Below, in pieces: positions 26,420 to 37,206 of a DNA stretch of 64,000 nucleotides. The notes below the pieces were generated by a model. That model was not told where the DNA came from. It made no database searches and was given only the letters and a program-made list of their open reading frames with translations. The translations under genes and the position numbers were made by a program. This stretch comes from Oscillospiraceae bacterium. Its GTDB lineage: Bacteria; Bacillota; Clostridia; Oscillospirales; CAG-272. Numbering within the stretch: the first letter of the stretch is position 1; each line of letters opens with the position of its first letter. Location of the stretch: positions 61,090 to 125,089 of the forward strand of contig SVQI01000001.1 in assembly GCA_015065455.1 (NCBI GenBank). The letters are read 5' to 3'.

Positions 26420-27763
26420 ATGAACGGTAACGATATTTTAGGCAGAAAGCTCCCCTTTTCGCTTGAGGCGGAGCAATCGGTCATAGGCTCTGTGCTTATC
26501 AACCCCGAATGCTTTGACGATATAGCGCAGATCGTATCAAGCGAGGACTTTTATCTCCCCGAGCACGAGCAGATTTTCTACGCTATGAAGGGAATGTACG
26601 CGTCAAGCAAAACTCTTGACGTTGTAACCCTTGCCGACGAGCTTGTAAAAGAGGGAGTTTATCAGAACACCGACACGCTTAACAATTATATCAGAACCAT
26701 TATTCAGACAGTTCCCTCTGCGGCAAACGTAGTTGACTATGCAAACATAGTTCACGACAAAAGCGTACTCCGTCAGCTCATTGAAGCGTGCGCGAAGATT
26801 ACCGACGACGCGTATTCGGAGCAGGACGAAGTAAAGAACGTACTCGACTCCGCAGAACAGAAAATATTTGATATAGCCTCGGGTAACGAAACCAAGGGCT
26901 TTACCCACATCAGAGAGGTGTTGAAGGTTGCTCTTGACAACCTGAACTTACTTGCAACAAACAGCGAAGAGGCTCACGGACTTGCAACGGGATTTTCCGA
27001 CCTTGACAATACTCTTGTCGGTATGGGAAAAGGCGACCTCATTCTCGTAGGCGCAAGACCCGGTATGGGTAAGACGAGCTTTGTACTTAATATTGCTTCA
27101 AACGTTGCAAAGAAAAGTAAGAAGGCTGTATGTATATTCTCGCTTGAAATGTCAAACGAGGAACTTGTCGCAAGAATGCTGTCGGGAGAAGGTATGGTTG
27201 ACAGCTACAATATCCGTTCAGGCAAGCTGACACCTGAAGACTGGACAAGTCTTGCTCAGGCATCGTCATCACTTGCAGAATGCGATATTCTTATTGATGA
27301 TACCACAGGACTCACCGTTACGGGCATGAGAGCAAAGCTCCGCAGAGTTAAAAACTTAGGCCTTGTAGTAATTGACTACCTTCAGCTTATGCAGAGTGAC
27401 AGAAGAAACGATAACCGCGTTCAAGAGGTTGCGGAAATTTCAAGAAATATGAAAATTTTAGCAAAAGAGCTTCGCGTTCCCGTTATCTGTTGCGCACAGC
27501 TTTCACGTGGACCCGAAAGCAGAACGGACAAACGCCCGATGCTGAGTGACCTTCGTGACTCGGGTGCTATCGAGCAGGACGCAGACGTTGTAATGTTCCT
27601 TTACAGAGACGAATACTACAACACCGACAAGACGGCGCAGAGCGCGGCTGAAATCATTGTCGCAAAGAACAGGCACGGCGCTGTACGAAACGTCGATATT
27701 GGCTGGCTGCCGCAGTATACTAAGTTTATTACGCTTGACAAGACGAATACAGAGCAGGCATAA
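26420..27763 (+). CDS. dnaB: Replicative DNA helicase
   Basis: Walker A GARPGMGKTSF, plus the SLEMS and IDYLQLM motifs. The gene follows rplI. Confidence 0.95.
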   Translation: MNGNDILGRKLPFSLEAEQSVIGSVLINPECFDDIAQIVSSEDFYLPEHEQIFYAMKGMYASSKTLDVVTLADELVKEGVYQNTDTLNNYIRTIIQTVPSAANVVDYANIVHDKSVLRQLIEACAKITDDAYSEQDEVKNVLDSAEQKIFDIASGNETKGFTHIREVLKVALDNLNLLATNSEEAHGLATGFSDLDNTLVGMGKGDLILVGARPGMGKTSFVLNIASNVAKKSKKAVCIFSLEMSNEELVARMLSGEGMVDSYNIRSGKLTPEDWTSLAQASSSLAECDILIDDTTGLTVTGMRAKLRRVKNLGLVVIDYLQLMQSDRRNDNRVQEVAEISRNMKILAKELRVPVICCAQLSRGPESRTDKRPMLSDLRDSGAIEQDADVVMFLYRDEYYNTDKTAQSAAEIIVAKNRHGAVRNVDIGWLPQYTKFITLDKTNTEQA

Positions 27764-27791
27764 TTTATAAATAAAACAGGAAAGATAAAAA

Positions 27792-29168
27792 ATGGCTTTT
27801 AAAACCGTACTTGACAACATTAAAAAAGCGATAGATAATTTTTCCTTGCTTGAAGAAAACGATTCCGTTTTGGTGGGATTTTCGGGCGGCAAGGATTCTG
27901 TCGTTTTGCTGTACGCGCTAAAGACTCTTTCCGACACCTATAAAATTAAGCTCACCGCCCTTCACGTAAACCATAATATAAGAGGCGGAGAAGCTGAAAG
28001 AGACGAATTGTTTTGCGAAAGGTTTTGCAAAACACACAGCATTGATTTTGTATGCAAAAGCGTAGACGCCGTTGCATATTCAAAAACAAACAAAATCGGG
28101 CTTGAAGAAGCGGCAAGAATTCTCAGATACCAGGCTTTTGATGAAGTGGCAAGAGAAAAAGCAATTACAAAGATTGCAACAGCTCACACGTCTTCGGACA
28201 ACCTTGAAACAATTCTTTTTAACGTTATCAGAGGAACGTCAGCCGAGGGAATAAAGGGCATTTCACCCAAGAGAGATAACATTATAAGACCTCTTATTTA
28301 CTGCTCGACCGACCATATTCTATCCGCTGCAAAAATGCTGTCACTGGAATACGTAACCGACAGCACCAATGCCGACACCCAATACACGAGGAACAATATA
28401 AGACATAATATCGTTCCTCTTATCAAAAAAATAAACCCAAAAGCAGAACAAGCCTTTTCAAATCTTGCTGACAGTATAATGCTTGACATTGACTATCTGT
28501 CAAATTGCGCAAACAAAAACACTACAACAGATCCAAAGGAGCTTTCAGAATTGCACCCTGCAATTCTGAGCAGAGTTCTGGTGAATTTTTACAAGGAAAA
28601 GTCAAATAACGCTCAGCTTTCCTCGGTTCACATTTCGGATATGGTTAATTTACTGCAAAACTACGTCAAGTTAAATTGCAAAGAAATAAAAAAACTCTCC
28701 TTGCCGGATAAGATCAATTTTGTAATTACTCCGGAAAGGGTCTATTTTGAAAAGGCACTACCAAAAAAAATTTTAAACAAGCATGTTTTACGTTACGGAC
28801 TTAACGAATTTGAGGAAACGGGCACTGCCGTGTTCATTTCCGACAACAAAGACGACGTAAATGACATATGCTCAAAAAATATTTACAAAATATCTATACA
28901 CTCTACGCTGAAAAATTCAGTTATGAGTGATACAATATTTGTCAGACATAAACAAGATGGGGACGTTTTTTGTTTTTCGAATATGACAAAAAAGGTTAAA
29001 AAAATGTTTAACGAATCAAAAATCCCCCCACCAGAGCGAGAAGCAATACCTGTTTTTTGTGACAGTAAGGGTATTTTCTGGATTCCGGGATTCCCCTTAC
29101 GCGACGATTTAAAAACCAATATAAACGAAAAAAACATTTATCTTTTCTATCTTACACGGGAGAAGTAA
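27792..29168 (+). CDS. tilS: tRNA(Ile)-lysidine synthetase
   Basis: PP-loop GFSGGKDSVVL. Conserved tilS-hpt-ftsH order. Confidence 0.85.
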   Translation: MAFKTVLDNIKKAIDNFSLLEENDSVLVGFSGGKDSVVLLYALKTLSDTYKIKLTALHVNHNIRGGEAERDELFCERFCKTHSIDFVCKSVDAVAYSKTNKIGLEEAARILRYQAFDEVAREKAITKIATAHTSSDNLETILFNVIRGTSAEGIKGISPKRDNIIRPLIYCSTDHILSAAKMLSLEYVTDSTNADTQYTRNNIRHNIVPLIKKINPKAEQAFSNLADSIMLDIDYLSNCANKNTTTDPKELSELHPAILSRVLVNFYKEKSNNAQLSSVHISDMVNLLQNYVKLNCKEIKKLSLPDKINFVITPERVYFEKALPKKILNKHVLRYGLNEFEETGTAVFISDNKDDVNDICSKNIYKISIHSTLKNSVMSDTIFVRHKQDGDVFCFSNMTKKVKKMFNESKIPPPEREAIPVFCDSKGIFWIPGFPLRDDLKTNINEKNIYLFYLTREK

Positions 29169-29169
29169 T

Positions 29170-29718
29170 ATGAATCAGGATATAAAATCGATTCTCATTG
29201 ACGAGAAGGAAATACAACAGATTGTTGAAAGAATATCAAAACAGATTACCGAGGACTACAAAGAACGTGAGTCTAATTTGCTCCTTCTCGGAATACTTAA
29301 AGGCTCGGTCGTATTTATGGCAGATCTTATGAGAAATATCGACCTGCCTTTTGAAATTGACTTTATGAAGGTTTCTTCGTACGGAAATTCATCAAAAAGC
29401 TCGGGAAAATTAAATATTACTCTCGATATAAAGCGCGAAGACCTTTCAAATCTCGATATACTTATCGTTGAAGATATAGTCGACAGCGGAAGAACGCTCT
29501 CTTATCTTACGGAGTACCTTAAACAAAAGGGTGCCCACAGCGTTAACACAGTCACTCTGCTCGACAAACCGAGCAGACGCGAGGTGCAGTTTACTCCTAC
29601 ATACACGGGCAAACAGATTCCTGATGAATTTGTTGTCGGCTACGGGCTTGACTATGCCGAAAAATACAGATATCTGCCCTACGTCGCTATTTTAAAAAGT
29701 GAAGTTTATTCCAAATAA
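29170..29718 (+). CDS. hpt: Hypoxanthine(-guanine) phosphoribosyltransferase
   Basis: PRPP-binding motif ILIVEDIVDSGRTL. Confidence 0.9.
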   Translation: MNQDIKSILIDEKEIQQIVERISKQITEDYKERESNLLLLGILKGSVVFMADLMRNIDLPFEIDFMKVSSYGNSSKSSGKLNITLDIKREDLSNLDILIVEDIVDSGRTLSYLTEYLKQKGAHSVNTVTLLDKPSRREVQFTPTYTGKQIPDEFVVGYGLDYAEKYRYLPYVAILKSEVYSK

Positions 29719-29790
29719 ATTTATGCGAAATTTTAGTTCTTATTGGGCATAATATAGATTATAAAGACAGTTGGTCAATCGGAGGAAAGA

Positions 29791-31878
29791 ATGAACGGTA
29801 AATTAAAAGTTATTATTTTTTATGTTGTTCTTATCGGTGTGCTTATAATTTCCATAGCATCGGTACTGAGCGGCAGTAAATCTGAAGATTATACGTACGG
29901 AAAGATTGTTGAGCTTTTCAAAAACGAACAGGTAGTAAAGTGCAACGTCGGAAACGATAACGTTATTTATATACAAACTACCGAAGGACAGAAGATAACC
30001 TACGAAGTTCGCGACGTCAGCATTTTTTACAACGACCTCAGCGATATTATTTTACAGCAGGTAGAAGACGGCATAATTACGGAATTTGATTATGAGCCCA
30101 TTCAGAAAACTCCCTGGTGGTTGTCATTCTTACCCTATATCATCGTTATGATCCTGTTTGCTGTTTTGTGGATCTTCGTTATGAATCAGGCAACGGGCAG
30201 AGGCGGAAAGATAAACAGCTTCGGCAAATCAAGAGCAAAGCTTTCATCAGCTGACCCCAAAAACAAGGTTTACTTCAAAGACGTTGCGGGCGCTGACGAA
30301 GAAAAACAGGAACTTGAAGAAATTGTTGCATTTTTAAAGGATCCTTCAAAATACGTTAAGCTTGGTGCAAAGATACCCCACGGCGTACTTCTCGTAGGCC
30401 CTCCCGGAACGGGTAAAACGTTACTTGCCAAGGCTGTTGCAGGCGAGGCTGACGTTCCCTTCTACTCAATAAGCGGCTCTGACTTTGTTGAAATGTACGT
30501 AGGTGTGGGCGCATCCCGTGTACGCGACCTCTTTGATACCGCAAAGAAACACCGTTCAAGTATTATATTCATTGACGAAATAGACGCTGTCGGACGTCAC
30601 AGAGGCGCAGGTCTCGGCGGCGGACACGATGAGCGCGAACAGACATTAAACCAGCTCTTAGTTGAAATGGACGGCTTCGGAAGCAACGACGGCGTAATCG
30701 TTATTGCGGCTACAAACAGACCTGACATTCTCGACCCCGCGCTTCTCCGTCCCGGAAGATTTGACAGACAGATCACAGTAAACTATCCTGATATCAACGG
30801 CAGAGAGCAGATACTCAACGTTCATTCCCGTAACAAACCTCTTGAAAAAGACGTTGACCTCAAGAAAATTGCACAGACAACGGTAGGCTTTACGGGAGCT
30901 GATCTTGCAAACCTTCTTAACGAAGCGGCACTCCTTGCTGCAAGAAAGGGCAAGGCTCTTATCGGTATGGACGATATAGAAGAAGCTTCCATAAAGATCA
31001 TTGTAGGCACACAGAAGAAGTCTATGAAGATCAAAGAATCGGAAAAGCTCAAGACAGCGTACCACGAAGCAGGCCACGCTATTATTGCGCACGTTCTTCC
31101 CTCACTTGACCCCGTAAGACAGATTTCAATTATTCCCAGCGGAAATGCATTGGGTTACACACTCAATCCTCCCAAGGAAGATAAATACAGCGTTTATAAA
31201 AACGGTATCAAAGAAGAAATCGCTATGCTCCTCGGCGGAAGAGCAGCTGAAAAGATTATCTTTGACGACATTTCAGGCGGTGCTTCAAACGATATTCAGA
31301 GAGCTACTAACCTTGCAAGAAGCATGATTACCAAGCTCGGTATGAGTGATGATCTCGGCCCCATCGTTTACGGAAGCGAACACGAAAATGATGAAGTATT
31401 CCTCGGCAGAAGCTACAACCAGTCGCGCAACTACTCCGAAGAAACAGCTTCCAAGATTGATGCTGAAATTAAGAAGATAGTTCTTGACGCTTATGAAAGA
31501 GCTCAGCAGATATTGAAAGACAATATCGACAAGCTCCACTTTATCGCAAAATACCTCGTTTCACACGAAATTATCGACGACAAGCAGTTTGAGGCTATAA
31601 TGAACGGCAATCCCACCGAAGAAGACCTCGAAAATATGCTTGAAGAACGCAAAAAGCAGAGCCGTAAGCAGAACGAGGAACAGAGAAGAATAAACGAAGA
31701 AAACGAAAAGAAAGCTTTTGAAGAGGCTGAAGCTAAAAAGGCAGAACAAGGAAGAAACCTTGACGACTCCGACGAGTCAGGCATTGAAGCCTTTGCAAAG
31801 ATGGCTCGCGAAGAAGCTGAAGAAGATCCTTCGCCCGAAGAATCCGACAAAGACAAAGAAGATAACGAGGGTAAATAA
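29791..31878 (+). CDS. ftsH: ATP-dependent zinc metalloprotease FtsH
   Basis: Walker [14 protein letters not shown], second region of homology and zinc site HEAGHA. Two TM helices at the N-terminus. Confidence 0.95.
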   Translation: MNGKLKVIIFYVVLIGVLIISIASVLSGSKSEDYTYGKIVELFKNEQVVKCNVGNDNVIYIQTTEGQKITYEVRDVSIFYNDLSDIILQQVEDGIITEFDYEPIQKTPWWLSFLPYIIVMILFAVLWIFVMNQATGRGGKINSFGKSRAKLSSADPKNKVYFKDVAGADEEKQELEEIVAFLKDPSKYVKLGAKIPHGVLLVGPPGTGKTLLAKAVAGEADVPFYSISGSDFVEMYVGVGASRVRDLFDTAKKHRSSIIFIDEIDAVGRHRGAGLGGGHDEREQTLNQLLVEMDGFGSNDGVIVIAATNRPDILDPALLRPGRFDRQITVNYPDINGREQILNVHSRNKPLEKDVDLKKIAQTTVGFTGADLANLLNEAALLAARKGKALIGMDDIEEASIKIIVGTQKKSMKIKESEKLKTAYHEAGHAIIAHVLPSLDPVRQISIIPSGNALGYTLNPPKEDKYSVYKNGIKEEIAMLLGGRAAEKIIFDDISGGASNDIQRATNLARSMITKLGMSDDLGPIVYGSEHENDEVFLGRSYNQSRNYSEETASKIDAEIKKIVLDAYERAQQILKDNIDKLHFIAKYLVSHEIIDDKQFEAIMNGNPTEEDLENMLEERKKQSRKQNEEQRRINEENEKKAFEEAEAKKAEQGRNLDDSDESGIEAFAKMAREEAEEDPSPEESDKDKEDNEGK

Positions 31879-31956
31879 AATTTGATTTTAAGGGCTACTC
31901 CTACCGTGTGTAGCCCTTAATTTAGGTAATATTATTATTTTTGAGGACATAAAAAT

Positions 31957-32508
31957 ATGGTTGACTTAATGGCACTTGAAAAGCAGTTTTTATCGGCGCA
32001 TATAAGAGAAGGCGTTGTTGCCGTTGATTTTACGATGGGAAACGGACACGATACCCTGTTTCTTTCTAAGGCAATAGGCGAAAGCGGACGTCTTTACGCT
32101 TTTGATATACAGGACCAAGCACTCGAAAACACAAAGGCGCGTCTTGTCGAAAACGACTGCCCCAATAACTACACTCTTATAAAAGCCTCGCATAGCCTTG
32201 TTAAAGACTACGTAAAAGAAAAATTTGACGTAGGAGTTTTTAATCTCGGCTATCTGCCCGGCGGGGACAAGCGTATTACTACCTTACGCGAAACAACGTT
32301 ACCCGCTGTAGACGCGGCGCTCGAATTACTTAACGACGGCGGAATCATACTTATTGCGATCTACCCCGGACACGCAGAGGGCGAAATCGAAGGAAAGCTT
32401 TTGACAGAAAGACTGTCAACGCTTGAAAGAAAACAGATATGCGTAAGCCGTTTTACAATTTTAAATTCACCAACGTCACCCTATTTTATTGCAGTAGAGA
32501 AAAAGTAA
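31957..32508 (+). CDS. YtqB/MnmM-like class I SAM-dependent methyltransferase (tRNA mnm5s2U pathway family)
   Basis: Close resemblance to the B. subtilis YtqB pattern: VDFTMGNGHDTLFL, YAFDIQ, FNLGYLPGGDK and a C-terminal FIAVEKK. Confidence 0.7.
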   Translation: MVDLMALEKQFLSAHIREGVVAVDFTMGNGHDTLFLSKAIGESGRLYAFDIQDQALENTKARLVENDCPNNYTLIKASHSLVKDYVKEKFDVGVFNLGYLPGGDKRITTLRETTLPAVDAALELLNDGGIILIAIYPGHAEGEIEGKLLTERLSTLERKQICVSRFTILNSPTSPYFIAVEKK

Positions 32509-32509
32509 T

Positions 32510-32944
32510 ATGTTAAACGTTAGAATTATTTGTTGCGGAACTCTTAAAGAACAGTATTTAAAAGATGCGGTAAACGAATACTCAAAAAGACTTTCCGCCT
32601 TTTGCAAGCTTACCGTACAAGAAATCAAGGAAGACACGCTGAACGCCGCATTTTCTGCAGTTTCAAGCTTCAAAGGCTGTAAAATTGCTCTCTGCATCGA
32701 GGGTAAGATGCTGTCGTCGGAAGAACTCGCACGGAAAATTGAATCGCTGACCATAAACGGAACAAGCGATATTGCATTTATAATTGGCGGAAGCGAGGGC
32801 ATTTCTCAGGAAATCAAGGATATGTGCGATATTAAGCTGTCTTTTTCAAAAATGACTTTTCCCCATCAGCTTATGCGCGTTATTTTGCTTGAGCAGATAT
32901 ACAGAGCGTTTACCATTATAAACCACAAGAGTTACCATAAATAA
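32510..32944 (+). CDS. rlmH: 23S rRNA (pseudouridine1915-N3)-methyltransferase RlmH (SPOUT)
   Basis: The C-terminal IGGSEG...LSFSKMTFPHQLMRVILLEQIYRA pattern is typical of RlmH. Confidence 0.85.
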   Translation: MLNVRIICCGTLKEQYLKDAVNEYSKRLSAFCKLTVQEIKEDTLNAAFSAVSSFKGCKIALCIEGKMLSSEELARKIESLTINGTSDIAFIIGGSEGISQEIKDMCDIKLSFSKMTFPHQLMRVILLEQIYRAFTIINHKSYHK

Positions 32945-32963
32945 ATTGCGGAGAATACTAACA

Positions 32964-33266
32964 ATGAAGCTCAATTCACATACAAAACAGCAATTAGTCG
33001 GTCTTGCCGTACTTATACTTATTTTTGCTATGACTATTATGTACAGCAAGGAAATTTTTGAATTCACTTTTATTACGCGTCCCGACAAGGTAGGCTCGCT
33101 TAATTCCTCTCAAACAGATGGGGAAAATAACGGCGTTGTTTCTGATACGGAAAACGGTACAGTCGAAACCGATTCTCCCGCTCCCGATCAAACGGAAGCT
33201 CCGACAGAACAGACTTCGCCCCCCGAAACAAACGCCCCCGATAATAACACACCGGAAACAACATAA
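32964..33266 (+). CDS. Small membrane-anchored protein with a Pro/Thr/Glu-rich tail (hypothetical)
   Basis: One TM helix (LVGLAVLILIFAMTIMY) followed by a low-complexity tail. I prefer the ATG at 32964 over the TTG at 32946. No family recognised. Confidence 0.4.
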   Translation: MKLNSHTKQQLVGLAVLILIFAMTIMYSKEIFEFTFITRPDKVGSLNSSQTDGENNGVVSDTENGTVETDSPAPDQTEAPTEQTSPPETNAPDNNTPETT

Positions 33267-33321
33267 TATACTTATTTTTACATATTTGCTAAATTTTGGA
33301 ACTAAAGAAGGTTAGAAAAAA

Positions 33322-35238
33322 GTGAACTATATTGCAGGACAAGCTGATATAGCAGTAATTGGCGCAGGCCACGCCGGAATTGAAGCGGCATTGGCGGCGG
33401 CAAGACTCGGAATGAAAACTATACTTTTTACAATAAATCTTGACGCGGTGGGCAATATGCCCTGCAATCCCTCGATTGGCGGAACGGGCAAAGGCCACCT
33501 CGTTTACGAAATTGACGCTCTCGGCGGAGAAATGGGATATGCGGCGGATTTAGTTACACTTCAGACGCGTACCCTTAATCTTGGTAAAGGCCCTGCCGTT
33601 CACTCAAAGAGAGTTCAGGCTGACCGTATAAAGTACCGCGAAATTATGAAAAAGACTATCGAGAACACAGAAAATTTGTCTCTCATTCAGGCTGAAATAG
33701 TTGACTTTATTACGGAAGAAGAAAACGGCAATAAGAAAATTACCGCAGTCATAACCAATATGGGTGCTGTATGGAATGTAAAGGCGGCAATCGTTTGCGC
33801 GGGTACTTTTTTGAACGGTAAGGTAATTACCGGTGAATGCGCATACGCTTCGGGTCCCGACGGAATGTTGCCTGCAACCAAGCTCACCGACGCTCTTATC
33901 AGAGAGAATATAGAGGTATACCGCTTTAAAACGGGTACTCCCCCTCGCGTACACGCCGACACGGTCGACTTTTCCGAGCTTGAAATACAGAACGGCGACG
34001 AGAATACTTCCCCGTTTTCTTCAAGAACGGATACTGAATACTATAAAAATATAAAGCAGGTTCCCTGCCACGTAGTATATACGTCAGGCATCACACATGG
34101 CATTATAAAAGACAATCTTCACCGTTCGCCCTTGTATTCGGGTGTAATTAAGGGTACCGGCCCCCGCTACTGCCCCAGTATTGAAGATAAAGTCGTCAGA
34201 TTTTCCGACAAAGAACGCCATCAGCTGTTTGTTGAGCCTTGCGGAAAAGACACAAAAGAGCTGTACATACAAGGCTTTTCATCATCTTTGCCCGAGGAAG
34301 TACAGATAAAAATGCTTCACTCACTCAAGGGCTTTGAAAATGCGCAGATGATGAGAACGGCATACGCCATTGAATACGACTGCATTAACCCCACTCAGCT
34401 TTACCCGACGCTTGAATTTAAGTCTATATCGGGACTTTACGGCGCAGGACAGTTTAACGGAACAAGCGGATACGAGGAAGCGGCGGCTCAGGGACTTATT
34501 GCAGGTATAAACGCGGTTTTGAAGATAAGAAACGAAGAACCGCTGATTTTGACACGCGATTCATCATATATAGGTACACTCATTGACGATATCGTAACAA
34601 AAGGCACGAACGAGCCTTACAGAATGATGACCTCGCGCTCAGAATACAGACTTCTTCTCCGTCAGGATAATGCCGACTTCAGACTTACTCCCATAGGCTA
34701 TAAGCTTGGTCTTATAAACGAGGAAAGATACGAGGCATATCTTGAAAAACAGAAATTGATAAACGAAGAGGTCGAAAGAGCATTAAAAACAACGATTTCT
34801 CCGACTGATTTGCTTAACGAAATACTTGAACAAAACGGCACGACTCCGGTCACGACAGGCATTAAATTAGCCGACCTTTTGCGCCGTCCTCAGCTTAATT
34901 ATTCAATCCTTGCCCCCGTTGATAAAACGAGAAAGGAATTGCCCATAGCTATAATGAACTGCGCTGAGGTTATTATAAAATACGACGGATATATCAAAAG
35001 ACAGCTTGCAGAGGTTCAGAAATTTGCCAAAACAGAAGCTATAAAGCTCCCCGGTAACCTTGACTATTCGGAAATTAAAGGACTTCGCATAGAGGCAAGA
35101 CAAAAGCTTAACCAGATAAAGCCTGAAAACATCGGTCAGGCATCAAGAATAAGCGGTGTCAGCCCCGCTGATATTACAGTTTTGCTTATTTACTGTCAGC
35201 AAAACCGCAGACAAAACGAGGTAGACAAAAATGACTGA
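33322..35238 (+). CDS. mnmG: tRNA uridine 5-carboxymethylaminomethyl modification enzyme MnmG (GidA)
   Basis: FAD-binding motif VIGAGHAGIEAA. Length and the following rsmG both fit. GTG start. Confidence 0.95.
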   Translation: MNYIAGQADIAVIGAGHAGIEAALAAARLGMKTILFTINLDAVGNMPCNPSIGGTGKGHLVYEIDALGGEMGYAADLVTLQTRTLNLGKGPAVHSKRVQADRIKYREIMKKTIENTENLSLIQAEIVDFITEEENGNKKITAVITNMGAVWNVKAAIVCAGTFLNGKVITGECAYASGPDGMLPATKLTDALIRENIEVYRFKTGTPPRVHADTVDFSELEIQNGDENTSPFSSRTDTEYYKNIKQVPCHVVYTSGITHGIIKDNLHRSPLYSGVIKGTGPRYCPSIEDKVVRFSDKERHQLFVEPCGKDTKELYIQGFSSSLPEEVQIKMLHSLKGFENAQMMRTAYAIEYDCINPTQLYPTLEFKSISGLYGAGQFNGTSGYEEAAAQGLIAGINAVLKIRNEEPLILTRDSSYIGTLIDDIVTKGTNEPYRMMTSRSEYRLLLRQDNADFRLTPIGYKLGLINEERYEAYLEKQKLINEEVERALKTTISPTDLLNEILEQNGTTPVTTGIKLADLLRRPQLNYSILAPVDKTRKELPIAIMNCAEVIIKYDGYIKRQLAEVQKFAKTEAIKLPGNLDYSEIKGLRIEARQKLNQIKPENIGQASRISGVSPADITVLLIYCQQNRRQNEVDKND

Positions 35239-35956
35239 TTACAGCAACTTGATAAAAGATATATTTTCTGAAAACGGCCTTGACGGTTTGCTTAATACGC
35301 CCGTTTTGGAAAAATTTAACATTCTCATTGACCGTATGCTCACAGTCAACGAAAAAATGAACATTACCTCTATAACAGACGGCGAGGACGTTATTCTCAA
35401 GCATATTGCTGACTCGGCAACGGTAGTAAGATATATACCAAAAAATGCAAAACTGCTTGACGTCGGCACGGGCGGAGGCTTCCCTTCACTTCCAATTGCA
35501 ATTTTGCGCCCCGACGTATCAGTATATGGGCTTGACAGCACCGCAAAAAAGCTTAAATACATTGATGAAACGGCAGAGCTTCTTTCTCTTGATAATTTAA
35601 AAACTATTTCCGGCAGAGCTGAAGTTTTTGGAAAGAGCGTAAATTACAGAGAAAGATTTGACGTTGTTACTGCAAGAGCGGTCGCAAGTCTTAACGTTCT
35701 TACCGAGCTTTGTTTGCCTTTTGTTAAGCTTGGCGGTTTATTTATATCAATGAAGGGCAGTTCAGCGGCTGATGAAATAGCACTTGCAAGAAGCGGCGTT
35801 ATTCAACTTGGCGGAAGCAAATTCGAGGATATTGAGTTTACTCTGCACTATAATGACAAGGTGATGCAAAGACATCTCGTTATCTCCAAAAAAACTAAAA
35901 ACACCCCCGATTCTTTCCCCAGAATATACAGCCGTATTGCAAAAAAACCTTTATAA
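35231..35956 (+). CDS. rsmG: 16S rRNA (guanine527-N7)-methyltransferase RsmG (GidB)
   Basis: SAM motif LDVGTGGGFPSLPIAI. The gene overlaps the mnmG stop by 8 nt. Confidence 0.9.
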   Translation: MTDYSNLIKDIFSENGLDGLLNTPVLEKFNILIDRMLTVNEKMNITSITDGEDVILKHIADSATVVRYIPKNAKLLDVGTGGGFPSLPIAILRPDVSVYGLDSTAKKLKYIDETAELLSLDNLKTISGRAEVFGKSVNYRERFDVVTARAVASLNVLTELCLPFVKLGGLFISMKGSSAADEIALARSGVIQLGGSKFEDIEFTLHYNDKVMQRHLVISKKTKNTPDSFPRIYSRIAKKPL

Positions 35957-35988
35957 GCCTTAATTAATTTACTTTTGTTTAAATTTTA

Positions 35989-36026
35989 AGAATAAAACAG
36001 CTTTTTTCTGTTTTATTCTTTTTTTA
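35989..36026 (+). terminator. Intrinsic terminator after rsmG
   Basis: AGAATAAAACAG-ctttttt-CTGTTTTATTCT followed by TTTTTTT. Confidence 0.8.
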
Positions 36027-36162
36027 TTTAAATTTATTATAATATAGCTCAGCTTAAATTATTTTTCATCAAAACAAATTATTTTCCACCATCTGTTTTA
36101 CGAGAATTTTTTTATTTCCCATATGATAAGATTTTCTTGCTAAAATAAAGGAGGAATAAAAA

Positions 36163-37026
36163 ATGAATACACTTTACAAAAACCCGTTCAGAAGAATTGA
36201 GGCAAACGAAAAAATACCCCCACAACAAAAAAAGGATATGGTCATTACAGTCGAAACCGACAGACTCTTCCCTAACCCGTCACAACCAAGGTTTATATTT
36301 GAGGACGAGCCTTTGCTGCGCCTTGCCGACAGTATACGAAGATACGGGATACTTCAACCGCTTTCTGTAAGAGTGTCCGACCGTAATTCTAACAATTCAG
36401 AACCGTCGTATCAAATTATTGCAGGTGAAAGAAGATGGCGTGCCGCAAGGATAATAGGTCTTAAAGAAGTTCCGTGCATAGTTTTTGACATTGACAGTCA
36501 AAAATCGGCAGAGCTTGCAATAATCGAAAACATTCAGAGAGAAGATTTAAATATTTTTGAGCAAGCGGCTGCTATTGCCTCTCTTATTGACATTTACGGT
36601 CTTACGCAGGAGCAGGCAGCAAAACAACTTTCGTCAAGCCAATCTTATATTGCAAACAAGCTGCGCATTTTGAAGCTTACACCAAAAGAACGTACGGAAA
36701 TTATAAAACACAAGCTTACAGAAAGACATGCCCGCGCGCTTTTAAAGATAGACGACCCCGAAACAAGACTTGAAACTATTGCATACATAGCATCAAAAGA
36801 ATTAAATGTCAGCGCTACAGAAAAATATATAGATTTGCTTTTGTCGCCCAAACAAGAAGAAACTGTCGACAACAGACAGGTTAAGGCTGTATTAAAGGAT
36901 TTAAGATTCTTTTACAACTCGGTCGACAGAGCTGTTTGTATACTGAAAAATTGCGGTATAGGAGTAGTTACCGAGAAAAAAGAAAGCAAAAGCGAAACGG
37001 AAATTACAATTCGCATTCCCCATTAA
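36163..37026 (+). CDS. noc: ParB-family protein, Noc-like paralogue
   Basis: ParB box IIAGERRWRAA plus an HTH region. The position between rsmG and soj matches Firmicute noc. Assigning Noc rather than a second ParB is inference. Confidence 0.75.
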   Translation: MNTLYKNPFRRIEANEKIPPQQKKDMVITVETDRLFPNPSQPRFIFEDEPLLRLADSIRRYGILQPLSVRVSDRNSNNSEPSYQIIAGERRWRAARIIGLKEVPCIVFDIDSQKSAELAIIENIQREDLNIFEQAAAIASLIDIYGLTQEQAAKQLSSSQSYIANKLRILKLTPKERTEIIKHKLTERHARALLKIDDPETRLETIAYIASKELNVSATEKYIDLLLSPKQEETVDNRQVKAVLKDLRFFYNSVDRAVCILKNCGIGVVTEKKESKSETEITIRIPH

Positions 37027-37033
37027 GTTACAA

Positions 37034-37049
37034 TGTTTCACGTGGAACA
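37034..37049. promoter_or_regulatory. parS-like site (15 of 16 matches)
   Basis: TGTTTCACGTGGAACA versus the Firmicute parS consensus TGTTNCACGTGAAACA. It lies between noc and soj. Confidence 0.75.
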
Positions 37050-37079
37050 TTATCCCCCTACCCTTTTGTTTTACGCCAT

Positions 37080-37095
37080 TGTTTCACGTGAAACA
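37080..37095. promoter_or_regulatory. parS site (perfect consensus)
   Basis: TGTTTCACGTGAAACA is a perfect 16-bp palindrome matching the parS consensus, 46 bp from the first site. Confidence 0.85.
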
Positions 37096-37143
37096 TCACG
37101 TTTAGTGCAATATGTAGAATATTGCTGTTGGAAGGATTTTCAG

Positions 37144-37172
37144 TTGACAACAATCACCTTGGCTGATATAAT
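37144..37172 (+). promoter_or_regulatory. Putative soj-spo0J promoter
   Basis: TTGACA, a 17-nt spacer, then TATAAT, just downstream of the parS pair. Confidence 0.55.
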
Positions 37173-37206
37173 AATATAAGTAAGAATTTTCTCGGAGGAA
37201 GCCAAA

